Positions 19,169-29,049 of a stretch of DNA of 64,000 nt are shown here, piece by piece. Positions within the stretch are counted from its first letter, which is position 1; each line of letters opens with the position of its first letter. The notes below the pieces were generated by a model. That model made no database searches, was not told the DNA's origin, and worked only from the letters and a program-made list of their open reading frames with translations. The translations under genes were made by a program, and so were the position numbers. This DNA comes from an uncultured Actinomycetes bacterium (GTDB lineage: Bacteria; Actinomycetota; Thermoleophilia; RBG-16-64-13). The stretch is from positions 186,614 through 250,613 of the forward strand of contig CAVQZD010000005.1 in NCBI GenBank assembly GCA_963718375.1, read 5' to 3'.

Positions 19169-20456
19169 GAAGATATCGGCGCCGAAAGGGACATATGATG
19201 TCCTGCCCGCAGACCAGCCGTTGCGGCGCTGGGTGATCTCCTGCGCCGAGGATATCTTTCAGCGGTACGGCTATCGAAGAATAGACACACCCATCTTCGA
19301 GGAGACGAGGCTGTTTGCCCGCGGGGTCGGCGGGTCTACCGATATAGTCCGCAAGGAGATGTACACATTCGAGGACATGGCGGGGCGGAGCATGACTCTT
19401 CGACCAGAGGGCACCGCTTCCGTGGCTCGCGCGTACGTGGAGCACGGCATGCATACGCTGCCGCAGCCCGTGAAGCTCTACTACCACAGCCCGATGTTCA
19501 GGTACGAGAGTCCGCAGTCGGGTCGGTATAGGCAGCATCACCAACTGGGGATTGAAGCGATCGGTTCGGACTCGCCTGAACTCGATGCCGAAGTCATCGG
19601 CGTGCTGGCCGCTCTGTACGCTCGGGTTGGCCTCGTGGGGACTACCCTCCGCCTCAACTCGATGGGTTGCCGTGAGTGCCGTCCGAAGTACGCTACAGCG
19701 TTGCGCGAATTCCTGACCACAGGTTCCGCAGTTCTCTGCGGAGACTGCAGGGAGCGGGCCGTCAGCAATCCGCTCCGGGTATACGACTGCAAGATCGCCT
19801 CGTGTCGGGAGAAGTTGGCGGAAGCGCCGTCCCTGACCGGATACCTGTGCGAAGCGTGCGAAGCCCATCATGAGCGCGTGCGCGCATGCCTCTCGGTGCA
19901 GGGGCTCTCGTTCAGTGAAGATCACACCTTGGTTCGGGGTATGGACTACTACACACGCACTACCTTCGAGTTCACCGCCAGTCAGTTGGGCGCTCAATCG
20001 GGTGTCGGGGGTGGTGGGCGGTACGACGATCTTGTGCAGGAAATTGGTGGTCCGGCCGTACCGGGAGTGGGTTTCGGCACGGGCGTGGAACGGATCGTGC
20101 TGGCGCTGCAACGCAGCGAGGGAGCGCATGGCCCCCAGAGGAGGCCGGGAGCATTTCTAGTCGCTCTCTCCGATGATGCACGGGGGAGAGCCTTCGCCTT
20201 GGCCCACGAACTCCGCACCATGGGTGTCGACACCGACCTCGACTATGTGATGAGAAGCCCGAAAGGGCAGATGACTCAGGCAGGTCGTTCGGGTGCAAGA
20301 TTCGCGCTCATCCTCGGCGGCCAAGAGGTTGCAGATGAAGCTGTGACCGCCCGCGATCTGGAGAGCGGCGAGGAGACGACGATACTGCTGAAAGATATGG
20401 CGGCGTTTGTCCGCGAAAACGATCTCACTCGGCGCCACGAGTGGCAGGACGACTAG
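19161..20456 (+). CDS. hisS: Histidine--tRNA ligase
   Basis: Class II motifs: KGTYDVLP, MYTFEDMAGRSMTLRPEGTASVARAY, YYHSPMFRYE, GGGRYDDL, and a C-terminal anticodon-binding domain. 431 aa. Confidence 0.95.
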   Translation: MGEKISAPKGTYDVLPADQPLRRWVISCAEDIFQRYGYRRIDTPIFEETRLFARGVGGSTDIVRKEMYTFEDMAGRSMTLRPEGTASVARAYVEHGMHTLPQPVKLYYHSPMFRYESPQSGRYRQHHQLGIEAIGSDSPELDAEVIGVLAALYARVGLVGTTLRLNSMGCRECRPKYATALREFLTTGSAVLCGDCRERAVSNPLRVYDCKIASCREKLAEAPSLTGYLCEACEAHHERVRACLSVQGLSFSEDHTLVRGMDYYTRTTFEFTASQLGAQSGVGGGGRYDDLVQEIGGPAVPGVGFGTGVERIVLALQRSEGAHGPQRRPGAFLVALSDDARGRAFALAHELRTMGVDTDLDYVMRSPKGQMTQAGRSGARFALILGGQEVADEAVTARDLESGEETTILLKDMAAFVRENDLTRRHEWQDD

Positions 20457-20465
20457 GAGCAGACA

Positions 20466-22220
20466 GTGGCATACCGGAATCAGTGGTGCGGCGAAGTCAC
20501 CAGCGCGTCAGTCGGCAGTCGCATCCAAGTGGCGGGCTGGGTCCATCGTCGTCGTGATCACGGGGGCCTTGTGTTTGTAGATCTCCGCGACCGCACCGGC
20601 CTTCTTCAACTGGTCGTATCGGCCGAGGGGCAGCCAGATATCCACAAGCGCGCGGAGGAAGTGCGGAGCGAGTATGTGCTCTCAGCGACAGGGACGGTCG
20701 TCGCTCGGTCGCCTGAGCGCGTGAACCCCAACATGGCGACCGGTGACGTCGAATTGGTCGTGGAGGAGCTAGACATCCTGGCGTCAGCCGACACCCCTCC
20801 GTTCTTGCCGGACGATGAGATGGACGTCGATGAGACTCTGAGGCTCAAGTATCGGTATCTAGACCTTCGCAGACCTCACATGTACGGCAACCTCAAGTTG
20901 CGCAGCGCGGTCGCACAGGCGGCGCGTCGATACCTGGACGGACTGGGGTTCATCGAGGTGGAGACGCCCATCCTGACCAAGAGCACTCCGGAAGGTGCGC
21001 GCGACTTTCTTGTTCCTTCACGCCTGCGGGCAGGTGAGTTCTATGCCCTCCCGCAGTCGCCGCAACTCTTCAAGCAGCTGCTGATGGTCGCTGGGTTCGA
21101 ACGCTACTACCAGATCGCTCGAGCGTTCAGGGACGAAGATCTGAGGGCCGACAGACAGCCGGAGCACACCCAGATCGACGTCGAGATGAGCTTCGTGGGA
21201 GAAGAGGACATCCAGGGCACCATCGAAGGCATGTTCGCGGCGGTCTTCAAACAGGCGCTATCTGTCGATATCAAGACGCCGTTCACTCGTATCAGCTACG
21301 CAGAGGCGATGGCAAAGTATGGGAGCGATAAGCCCGACCTGAGATTCGGCATGGAGATCGTGGATGTGTCCGACGTGGCCGGAAGCACGGGATTCAAGGT
21401 CTTCGCAGATGCGGTAGAGAACGGCGGAGTGGTGCGAGGCCTGCGCGCCGCAGGAGGGGCCTGCTTCTCGCGCAAGGACACAGATGACTTAGCTGCCGAA
21501 GCGGCGGTCTTCGGAGCCCGGGGTGTGCTGCCCGTTTGGATCGAGGACCAGGGCGTCAGATCTCCTATGCAGAAGTTCCTGAGCGAGTCGGAGTTGACGG
21601 CGATCATTGAACGGCTAGAAGGACGGCCTGGGGACCTGTTGCTGCTCGTTGCGGGGAGCAAGAAAGTCGCCGAGCTGAGTCTCGGCGCCCTCCGGCTGTC
21701 GCTGGCTGAGCGGCTGGGTATCGAGCGACAGGGATGGGCCTTCGCGTGGATCGTGGACTTTCCAATGTTCGAATTGGACGAGAAGGAGAACAGGCTGAAG
21801 GCCCAGCATCACCCCTTCACGAGGCCGCGCATGGAATCACTGACCGACCTGCAGACACGGCCCCTGGAGCTAGGCACATACGCCTACGACTTGGTGCTGA
21901 ACGGAGTCGAACTGGGGAGCGGGTCTCTGCGGATCTCCGATCCACAGACGCAGGAGGCGGTGTTTGCCGCCCTTGGCCTGACCGAGGATGAAATCAGGGC
22001 GAAGTTCGGTTTCTTGGTTGAGGCGATGGACTTCGGCATGCCGCCCCACGGTGGCATCGGGCTCGGTCTGGACCGCACAGTCATGCTGATGGCCGGCGAG
22101 TCCTCTATCCGCGATGTCATAGCGTTCCCGAAGACCCAAAGCGGGTCTTGTCCCCTTACTGATGCCCCATCTTTGGTGAGTCCTCTGCAACTGCGAGAAC
22201 TGCGCATTCGCACTCTGTAG
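20466..22220 (+). CDS. aspS: Aspartate--tRNA ligase
   Basis: N-terminal OB fold (RIQVAGWVHRRRDHGGLVFVDLRDRTG), motif 2 FRDEDLRADRQPEHTQIDVEMSF, the GAD insertion, and motif 3 GGIGLGLDR. 584 aa. Confidence 0.95.
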   Translation: MAYRNQWCGEVTSASVGSRIQVAGWVHRRRDHGGLVFVDLRDRTGLLQLVVSAEGQPDIHKRAEEVRSEYVLSATGTVVARSPERVNPNMATGDVELVVEELDILASADTPPFLPDDEMDVDETLRLKYRYLDLRRPHMYGNLKLRSAVAQAARRYLDGLGFIEVETPILTKSTPEGARDFLVPSRLRAGEFYALPQSPQLFKQLLMVAGFERYYQIARAFRDEDLRADRQPEHTQIDVEMSFVGEEDIQGTIEGMFAAVFKQALSVDIKTPFTRISYAEAMAKYGSDKPDLRFGMEIVDVSDVAGSTGFKVFADAVENGGVVRGLRAAGGACFSRKDTDDLAAEAAVFGARGVLPVWIEDQGVRSPMQKFLSESELTAIIERLEGRPGDLLLLVAGSKKVAELSLGALRLSLAERLGIERQGWAFAWIVDFPMFELDEKENRLKAQHHPFTRPRMESLTDLQTRPLELGTYAYDLVLNGVELGSGSLRISDPQTQEAVFAALGLTEDEIRAKFGFLVEAMDFGMPPHGGIGLGLDRTVMLMAGESSIRDVIAFPKTQSGSCPLTDAPSLVSPLQLRELRIRTL

Positions 22221-22413
22221 GGCGCTATTGGCGGGTCCAATGGGTTGTGCTACCCTCACGCTGCTCGACCTTGTGCGTGATCTGGCTCAAACTTGAGCCA
22301 ACACTCATCGCTTGGGAGGCTTGTTCAGCTGGACGGCGAATACCTTCCGGAGACAGCCACCCACCTGCTTAGGCAGGTTCAAGCGCCTGTCAGACACGGC
22401 AAGGTGGAGCACT

Positions 22414-22962
22414 ATGAACGAAGGGGAACATGTGATGCGACGAGTCTACGGCATGTCATTGGCAGCGCTGTGCATCGTCCTCGTATCCGGCCTAGGGGTC
22501 GGGTGCTTCTGGTCCAGCGACGAACCGACGACGGTTGCTTCGGAGACGACGGTCATCTCGTCTGAGAGTTCGAGCACCACCGAAGCGGGCACCACCGCAA
22601 CCAGCGCGGCGGTCACCACGACCGTTCCCTCCAACTTGGTAGACGGTCTTCCTCGGGAATACGTCGAGTCGCTCGGCGAGCGGCCCATGGTGATCCTGTT
22701 CTACGTTCCGGGTGGAGTTGACGATGAGAGGGTGCTGACGTCTGTGCGGGAACTGCAAAGCACGTACAGCAACTATACGTTTCTCATCTATCAGTATGAT
22801 CTGCCGGCGCAATATGGTGTGCTACCCACCGAACTGGGTGGCGTACAGTACCCGCCTCAGGTCATCCTTGTAGATAGGCAAGGTGCTATTCAGAGGGTAT
22901 GGACTGGGTATGTCGACAAAGCTACCCTGAACCAGACACTGCAGGATCTTGGGCGGTATTGA
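22414..22962 (+). CDS. Secreted/lipoprotein-like protein with a Ser/Thr-rich linker and a thioredoxin-fold-like domain that has no CxxC
   Basis: N-terminal signal peptide MRRVYGMSLAALCIVLVSGLGVGC, then a TTVASETTVISSESSSTTEAGTTATSAAVTTT linker and an ~110-aa domain (MVILFYVPGG...ILVDRQGAIQRVWTGYV). The start is uncertain (22312, 22414 or 22435). Confidence 0.45.
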   Translation: MNEGEHVMRRVYGMSLAALCIVLVSGLGVGCFWSSDEPTTVASETTVISSESSSTTEAGTTATSAAVTTTVPSNLVDGLPREYVESLGERPMVILFYVPGGVDDERVLTSVRELQSTYSNYTFLIYQYDLPAQYGVLPTELGGVQYPPQVILVDRQGAIQRVWTGYVDKATLNQTLQDLGRY

Positions 22963-23003
22963 GGGAGCAAGCTGAAGGGGGGCACCGGGCTCCGTCCACA
23001 GTA

Positions 23004-24026
23004 GTGGTCGGCTTGAGCGGCGGTGTCGACAGTTCGGTCGCTGCATGGCTCCTGAAGAAGCAAGGTTTCAACGTCATTGCCGTGACTTTGGCTCTCGCGG
23101 AACCAGGTGACCAGGAGACCTCGCGTTCTTGCTGCTCACCCGGCCTGATGGCTAGGGCGAAGGCGATCGCCGACCATCTCGGTATCCCACACTACGCGGT
23201 TGACAGACGAGACGCTTTTAGCAGGCTCGTGGTGGACTACTTTGTCTCAGAGTACGAAAGCGGCAGGACCCCGAATCCGTGCGCGAAGTGCAATGCTAGG
23301 CTTCGCTTCGCAGCTCTGCTCGAGGCTGCCGGGAGCCTGGGCGCGGGTCTCGTGGCCACCGGTCACTATGCCAGACTGCGAGGCGAAGCTCAGCGACTGT
23401 CTCGCGCCCGCGACGCCCTGAAGGATCAGTCGTATGTTCTCGCTGAGGTCGATCCACAACTTCTTGAGCGTTGCGTGTTTCCACTTGGCGAGCTCAGGAA
23501 GAGCGAGGTGCTTGATATTGCCGCCGAGGCGGGCCTTGCGTCCCTGATATCTGAGGAAAGCCAGGATATCTGCTTCATCCCGGGCAGCAGATATAGAGCG
23601 TTTCTCGCCGATAGGCTCGGGGAGAGGCCGGGGGATGTCGTTGATGAGCAGGGCAAGGTGATTGGGCGCCACACCGGCACCTACAACTACACCATAGGAC
23701 AGCGGAGAGGACTAAGCGCCGGCGGCGGTCCACCACTGTACGTGGCCCGGGTGGACGCTGAGCGCCAGCAGATCGTCGCAGGCCGGGAGGGTGAAGACGC
23801 TACGAGTGCCATACGCTTCAAGATCTCGGCGGTGCACAAGAACCAAGCGCGAGGGGCCGTGCGAGTGCAGTTTCGCTCGCTGGGGAGACCGGTCGGCGGG
23901 AGGTTGCATGATGGGAGCATGGTGGTCCTCGATGAGCCGGCCAGAGGTGTCGCCCCGGGACAGACGATAGTGATCTACGATGGAGACGAGGTAATACTCG
24001 GGGGGGTGATCATCGGAACCTCGTAA
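23004..24026 (+). CDS. mnmA: tRNA-specific 2-thiouridylase MnmA
   Basis: PP-loop VVVGLSGGVDSSVAAWLL, CSPGLMARA, NPCAKCN, HYAR and a C-terminal beta-barrel. The likely start is GTG 23004, just after the upstream stop; the longer ORF from 22899 overlaps the previous gene by 63 nt. Confidence 0.88.
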   Translation: MVGLSGGVDSSVAAWLLKKQGFNVIAVTLALAEPGDQETSRSCCSPGLMARAKAIADHLGIPHYAVDRRDAFSRLVVDYFVSEYESGRTPNPCAKCNARLRFAALLEAAGSLGAGLVATGHYARLRGEAQRLSRARDALKDQSYVLAEVDPQLLERCVFPLGELRKSEVLDIAAEAGLASLISEESQDICFIPGSRYRAFLADRLGERPGDVVDEQGKVIGRHTGTYNYTIGQRRGLSAGGGPPLYVARVDAERQQIVAGREGEDATSAIRFKISAVHKNQARGAVRVQFRSLGRPVGGRLHDGSMVVLDEPARGVAPGQTIVIYDGDEVILGGVIIGTS

Positions 24027-24074
24027 TCACCCAGTCGAGGGCATGAATCCGCCCCAAAGAGGGCAGATTCACCT

Positions 24075-24083
24075 ATGGTATAG
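24075..24083 (+). promoter_or_regulatory. Putative extended -10 promoter element (TGgTATAGT) for the DUF948 / YtxH-like / anti-sigma / sigma operon
   Basis: TGGTATAGT ends 37 nt upstream of the ATG at 24121. Same hexamer and spacing as upstream of rpiR. Confidence 0.25.
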
Positions 24084-24120
24084 TCATGCGTAGTTCGCCA
24101 AGGAACAAAAGGGAGGCGCG

Positions 24121-24501
24121 ATGGAGTGGGATGCCGACACCATCTGGAAGATCTCGTTGGGCATCTTCTTCGTGCTCTGCGGCGCTGGGGGCGCTTACGC
24201 GCTCTTCAGATTGGGGGACACGCTCAAACAAATGAGCAGCATACTGAGTAGCGTGGATTCCGAGATGTTGCCCCTGCTGACGCGGGTGGAGACCACCCTT
24301 GATGAGGTCAACGGTGAACTGAGCAAGATCGACAAGATCACTGGCTCGATCGCCGAGATCCTGAAGGTGGTAGAAAAGACGACGACAGCCCTGCACAATC
24401 TGTTCGCCGTGCCGCTTCGCAAGCTGGGTGAGCTAGCCGGAGGGGTTGGGGTGAGCGCGAAGTCTTTTGTCGCATCCAAGAACAAAGGGGAGACCTTATG
24501 A
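24121..24501 (+). CDS. DUF948-family membrane protein (stress-associated)
   Basis: 126 aa with an N-terminal TM helix (ISLGIFFVLCGAGGAYALF) followed by a coiled coil, matching the DUF948 architecture. Paired with a YtxH-like gene downstream. Confidence 0.55.
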   Translation: MEWDADTIWKISLGIFFVLCGAGGAYALFRLGDTLKQMSSILSSVDSEMLPLLTRVETTLDEVNGELSKIDKITGSIAEILKVVEKTTTALHNLFAVPLRKLGELAGGVGVSAKSFVASKNKGETL

Positions 24502-24758
24502 GCGCGTTGAAGTCGCTGGGTATTCTTGCCTCCGGCGTGGTGCTGGGCGCCGCAATAGTGATCGCCTATCGCGTCGCTCAGGACAAGGATAAGCCTTTGC
24601 AGGAGGCTTTTGCCGAGGTACCGGCCGAACTGGAGCGCCTCTACACTGGGCTGAAGGCCAAAGGTGCCGAGGCCTACGACAGGGCGCGGCCTGCGCGTGA
24701 GGAAGCACAACCGCAAGTCGCCGACGGGGGCGAGGAGTCCGGCGCAGCCCAGCAATAG
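24498..24758 (+). CDS. YtxH-like small membrane protein
   Basis: 86 aa with an N-terminal TM helix (LGILASGVVLGAAIVIAY) plus a charged helical tail. Start overlaps the upstream stop (ATGA). Confidence 0.45.
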   Translation: MSALKSLGILASGVVLGAAIVIAYRVAQDKDKPLQEAFAEVPAELERLYTGLKAKGAEAYDRARPAREEAQPQVADGGEESGAAQQ

Positions 24759-24771
24759 GAGGCTGCGGGAA

Positions 24772-25176
24772 TTGGCCAACGCTCCACAATCGGTTGTCCT
24801 GACTGTCCCTCGGGGGCCGTTCGCTCTTTCCGCCATGCGCTTGGTCGTGGGCTGGGTGGCGTCGTGTAACGACCTGCCGCTCGATAGGATCGATGATGTC
24901 AACCTCGCTCTGGAGACGCTCATATCGGGCGAGGTGGAACAAGGCGCAGCCCTGGAACTCAGGCTGTCCGCGTGGGATGGAGTCCTGGAGGTCTCACTAC
25001 AGGGTCTGTGCAGTTCAGGGCTCAGGGCAAATCTGCAGGAGAGTGAATCCTTCTCTCCGTCGTTCGAATGGCCGCTCGACATCCGTCTGTTTCTCGGCGC
25101 TCTGCTGGACGACTACAAGATGGTGGACCCTGACGCAGAGTCGTTCGGCGTATTGATGCAGAAGCGGATCCGATAG
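24772..25176 (+). CDS. Putative anti-sigma factor (RsbW/UsfX-position protein) upstream of the SigB/F-type sigma
   Basis: 134 aa from TTG 24772, 9 nt after AGGAGG. The longer 24664 ORF overlaps the YtxH gene in another frame. The stop is immediately followed by the sigma ATG (TAGATG). No clear HATPase N-box, so assignment rests on synteny. Confidence 0.4.
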   Translation: MANAPQSVVLTVPRGPFALSAMRLVVGWVASCNDLPLDRIDDVNLALETLISGEVEQGAALELRLSAWDGVLEVSLQGLCSSGLRANLQESESFSPSFEWPLDIRLFLGALLDDYKMVDPDAESFGVLMQKRIR

Positions 25177-26031
25177 ATGGGTCCGGTCGATGGTCGTGAG
25201 AAGCAGTCAGGCGGGGATTCTGTGCGCGGCGGCACCAAGAGGCGCTTGGAGGGCGTGCCAGAGCACGAGCTCATGGCGCGACACCGGCTGGAGAATGATG
25301 CGGCTGCCCGCGAAGAACTGATCACGAGATACTTGCCGTTGGTGCGCAGCCTGGCGCGTCGCTTCATCTCGCGTGGGCAGCCGCTTGAGGACCTGATACA
25401 GGTGGGGTCGATCGGTCTGATCAAGGCCATCGACCGTTTTGATATGGATAGGGGCGTGGAGCTGTCCACGTATGCGACCCCCACCATCCTTGGCGAGATC
25501 AAGCGCTATTTCAGGGACAAGGGCTGGGCTGTCAAGGTGCCCAGGGCTCTGCAGGACCTGAACGTCAGACTCAACAGGATCATCGAACACATGACTGTCG
25601 ACCTGCAGCGCTCCCCGACGATTGCTGAACTTGCGGCGGGAGCCCAAGTGACAGAAGAAGAGGTCGTGGAGGCTCTCGAGAGCGGTAGAGCCTACAGCTC
25701 TGTGTCCATCTTCTCCGGCGGTTCCGGTGAAGACGAAGAATCGCTTGAGTTGCTAGACTGCTTGGGCCAAGAGGAGAAGGCCTATGAGCTTGTAGAGCAA
25801 AGGCGTTTCTTGGCACCGGCTATGGAGCGTCTCGATCCGCGAGAGCGCCTCATTCTGCACCTACGCTTCTTTGAGGGTATGACACAGACGCAGGTGGCGG
25901 CACGAATCGGCATTTCGCAGATGCACGTGTCCAGACTCATCCGCAAGTCGATAGACAACTTGCGGGACACGATGATGCAGCAACAGGCCACTTCGGGGGC
26001 ACAGGGGAGAGAGGGTAGGAGTCCTAAGTGA
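25177..26031 (+). CDS. RNA polymerase sigma factor, SigB/SigF/SigG (group 3) family
   Basis: Region 2 (YLPLVRSLARRF...DLIQVGSIGLIKAIDRFD...STYATPTILGEIKRYFRD), region 3, and region 4 (LILHLRFFEGMTQTQVAARIGISQMHVSRLIRKS). 284 aa. Confidence 0.88.
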   Translation: MGPVDGREKQSGGDSVRGGTKRRLEGVPEHELMARHRLENDAAAREELITRYLPLVRSLARRFISRGQPLEDLIQVGSIGLIKAIDRFDMDRGVELSTYATPTILGEIKRYFRDKGWAVKVPRALQDLNVRLNRIIEHMTVDLQRSPTIAELAAGAQVTEEEVVEALESGRAYSSVSIFSGGSGEDEESLELLDCLGQEEKAYELVEQRRFLAPAMERLDPRERLILHLRFFEGMTQTQVAARIGISQMHVSRLIRKSIDNLRDTMMQQQATSGAQGREGRSPK

Positions 26032-28649
26032 AAACGGCTGAACTGCGCAGACTGTTTCTCGACTACTTCGTTCAGCAAGACCACCTTGTTGTGCCAAGCT
26101 CGTCGCTGGTGCCGGTCAAGGACCCGTCGGTCTTGCTGACCACGGCTGGCATGCAACAGTTCAAGCCATATTTCATGGGTCTGGCTTCGCCCCCGAGCCC
26201 CCGGATGGCAAGTGTGCAGAAGTGCTTTCGTACGTCCGACGTCGACAAGGTCGGCCTGACGGCCCGCCATTGCACCTTCTTCGAGATGCTGGGGAACTTC
26301 TCCATAGGGGACTACTTCAAGGAGGGAGCCATCAGGTTCGCCTGGGAGTTCACCATGGATCATCTGAGATTCGATCCGGACCATGTCTGGGTGTCGTACT
26401 TCGAAGGCGATGACACGATTGCGGCTGACGAAGAGGCGATCAGTATTTGGGAGAGCCTGGGCATGCCCAAGGAGCGCATGGTGGGGCTCCCCAGGAGCGC
26501 CAATTTCTGGGGGCCAGTGGGCAACAGCGGACCTTGCGGACCCTGCTCGGAGCTGTACTTCGATAGGGGGCCGAAGTTCGGATGCGATGACCCAGCCTGC
26601 AGGCCCGGCTGCGATTGCGACAGGTACGTGGAGTTCTGGAACCTCGTGTTCACCGGTTACAACATGGACGAAGAGGGAGTCCTGACCAGCTTGCCTGCGC
26701 AGAACATCGATACGGGCATGGGCCTGGAGAGGGTCGCTGCGCTAAAGCAGGATGTCGACTCGGTGTTCCTGGTCGACTCGTTCAGGCCTCTCATTGAACT
26801 CGGCGAACAGCTCTCCGGAAAGGCATTCGGCAAGCAAGAACAAGACGACATCGCTCTGAGGGTATTGGCGGATCACTCGAGAGCGATGACCTTTCTGGTG
26901 GGGGACGGAGTCAGCCCAGGCAACGAAGGTCGGGGATACGTGCTCAGGCGGATCATCCGGCGCGCCGCTAGGTATAGCCGTACTCTGGGGATACAGCCTC
27001 CATTCTTGAGTGCCTTTGCGGAGCGCGTGATCGAACTGATGGGGTCTGACTACCCGGAATTGCGGGAGCGCAGGGCAGGCATAGTCAGAGTCGCTCAGAA
27101 TGAGGAGGAGCGCTTCAACCGGACCCTTGACCAGGGACTAAGGCTCGTGGATGAAGCGGTGGCTGATGCAAATGCCGAGGGTAGCGGGGTATTCCCCGCC
27201 GACGCAGCCTTCCTGCTGCACGATACGTATGGGTTCCCGGTCGAGGTCACGAGAGAGATCGCAGAGGAACACGGATTGACGCTTGACTTCGAGGGTTTTG
27301 CGCGGGCCATGGACAACCAGAGGAAGCGGGCGCGCGGAGCCACCAAGGGATCCGACGCAGTCACGGAGGCGGTTATCCGCTTCGCCAGGGAGACCGTCCG
27401 GCCTACCGAGTTTCTTGGCTATGAGCGCGAGGATCTCTACACGGTCGTAGAGAACTTGGCGTCTTTGCCAGACGGAAGGCTAGCCATAGCGTTGCGGGAG
27501 AGCCCGTTCTACGCGGAATCTGGCGGGCAGACTGCGGATGTCGGCCGCATAGAGTCTGAGGACGGCAAGGTGGCGGTGGACGATGTACAACAGCATGGCC
27601 AGGTGCAGGTAGCCATCGGAAGGTTGCTTGAGGGACGCATCGAGAAGGGCACACGTGTGAAGGCCGCCCTGACTCTGGTGCATCGCCACGATGTCGCCGC
27701 GAACCATACGGCGACTCACCTGTTGCACTACGCTTTGCGCACCAGGCTCGGCAATGACGTGACCCAGGCGGGCTCCGCGGTGAGATCTGAGAAGTTGAGG
27801 TTCGATTTTGCCTATCACGAACCCCTAGGGTCCGAACGCCTTGCAGAGGTCGAGGATCTGGTGAATCGGCGCATAGTTGAGAACCATCCTGTGCGCACCT
27901 TCACGACGACCCAGGACCATGCCCGCGATCTGGGGGCCATGGCACTATTCGGGGAGAAGTACGACGACTTCGTGCGCGTGGTGGAGATCGACAACTTCAG
28001 TAGAGAACTCTGCGGGGGCACTCACGTTGCCTCGACGAGCGAGCTCGGGATCTTCAAGATCACCTCAGAGAGCAGTGTAGGGGCGAACGTGAGAAGGATC
28101 GAGGCGATCACCGGCCGCTCCGCAGTGCAGTACTACCGCTCTCGCGATGAACTTGTGACACGAGTGGCTTGCTCGGTCCCGACTCCAGCGAGCGAACTTG
28201 TGGAGGGCGTCGACCGATTGGTCGCACGGATCGCTGAGTTGGAGGCAGAACTGGGCACCTTTCGGCGCGCGAGAGTCGGCGGCTTGGCGGACGAACTAGT
28301 GGGGAGCGCGGAGCGAGTGGGGAAGGTCTCCATTGTCGCCGAGGTTGTGCAAGTGCCTGATGCCGACGGACTTATGTCCTTGCTCGACACCGTCAGGGAC
28401 CGGCTTGCACCCTCTGCGGTGGCTCTTGCGACCGAATTGGGGGGCAAGGGTACGTTGGCCATCGGTGTGTCTTCGGATATGAGGGGATTACACGCGGGTG
28501 ACGTCACTAAGGCCGTCGCAGTCTCGCTGGGCGGAGGAGGCGGCGGCAATGCCAACCTTGGCCGGGCCGGCGGAATCGACCCTGCGAGACTTGGAGATGT
28601 CGTTGCGAAAGCCCGACAGACCTTGATGGACTGGGCTGTAGCCAAGTGA
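26028..28649 (+). CDS. alaS: Alanine--tRNA ligase
   Basis: 873 aa: catalytic core (FTTAGMQQFKPYF, WGPVGNSGPCGPCSELYFD), the editing-domain HxxxH/CxxxH motif (HTATHLLHYAL...CGGTH) and a C-terminal DHHA1-like domain. Confidence 0.95.
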   Translation: MKTAELRRLFLDYFVQQDHLVVPSSSLVPVKDPSVLLTTAGMQQFKPYFMGLASPPSPRMASVQKCFRTSDVDKVGLTARHCTFFEMLGNFSIGDYFKEGAIRFAWEFTMDHLRFDPDHVWVSYFEGDDTIAADEEAISIWESLGMPKERMVGLPRSANFWGPVGNSGPCGPCSELYFDRGPKFGCDDPACRPGCDCDRYVEFWNLVFTGYNMDEEGVLTSLPAQNIDTGMGLERVAALKQDVDSVFLVDSFRPLIELGEQLSGKAFGKQEQDDIALRVLADHSRAMTFLVGDGVSPGNEGRGYVLRRIIRRAARYSRTLGIQPPFLSAFAERVIELMGSDYPELRERRAGIVRVAQNEEERFNRTLDQGLRLVDEAVADANAEGSGVFPADAAFLLHDTYGFPVEVTREIAEEHGLTLDFEGFARAMDNQRKRARGATKGSDAVTEAVIRFARETVRPTEFLGYEREDLYTVVENLASLPDGRLAIALRESPFYAESGGQTADVGRIESEDGKVAVDDVQQHGQVQVAIGRLLEGRIEKGTRVKAALTLVHRHDVAANHTATHLLHYALRTRLGNDVTQAGSAVRSEKLRFDFAYHEPLGSERLAEVEDLVNRRIVENHPVRTFTTTQDHARDLGAMALFGEKYDDFVRVVEIDNFSRELCGGTHVASTSELGIFKITSESSVGANVRRIEAITGRSAVQYYRSRDELVTRVACSVPTPASELVEGVDRLVARIAELEAELGTFRRARVGGLADELVGSAERVGKVSIVAEVVQVPDADGLMSLLDTVRDRLAPSAVALATELGGKGTLAIGVSSDMRGLHAGDVTKAVAVSLGGGGGGNANLGRAGGIDPARLGDVVAKARQTLMDWAVAK

Positions 28650-29047
28650 GGGTGCTGGGCGTAGACTACGGTGGGAGCCGGACGGGGCTTGCGATCTCCG
28701 ATGTTGAAGGGGTCACATGCAGACCCGTCAAGGTCATAGCGGAGCGAGATATGGACAAAGTGGTGCAGGCCATCATGGCAGTCGCAGCAGAGGAAGGTGC
28801 GGGCGCCGTGGTGGTCGGTCTTCCTCGTCCACTGTCCGGAGGAACCAACCGTCAGATGCAGGACGTCCTTTGTTTTGTAGATGGACTGCGGACGGAGTGT
28901 TCTCTGCCGGTGGAAACGTGGGACGAACGCTTCACGAGCCGCCTGGCAGAAAAGGGAAGCCACGGCGTCGGTTCGCGCGACGCAGTGGCCGCCTGCTATA
29001 TGTTGCAGAACTATCTGGATAGACTGTCCGCCGAGAATCGGGGGTAA
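28646..29047 (+). CDS. ruvX: Putative pre-16S rRNA nuclease / Holliday-junction-resolvase-like YqgF (RuvX)
   Basis: MRVLGVDYGGSRTGLAISD...AVVVGLP. 133 aa; alaS-ruvX-mltG order is conserved. Confidence 0.88.
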   Translation: MRVLGVDYGGSRTGLAISDVEGVTCRPVKVIAERDMDKVVQAIMAVAAEEGAGAVVVGLPRPLSGGTNRQMQDVLCFVDGLRTECSLPVETWDERFTSRLAEKGSHGVGSRDAVAACYMLQNYLDRLSAENRG

Positions 29048-29049
29048 TT

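Noticed and set aside
22432-22500. Lipoprotein lipobox call for the 22414..22962 protein
   Set aside because: The sequence ...SGLGVGC has Gly at -3 instead of L/V/I, so lipidation is uncertain. It is described only as secreted or lipoprotein-like.
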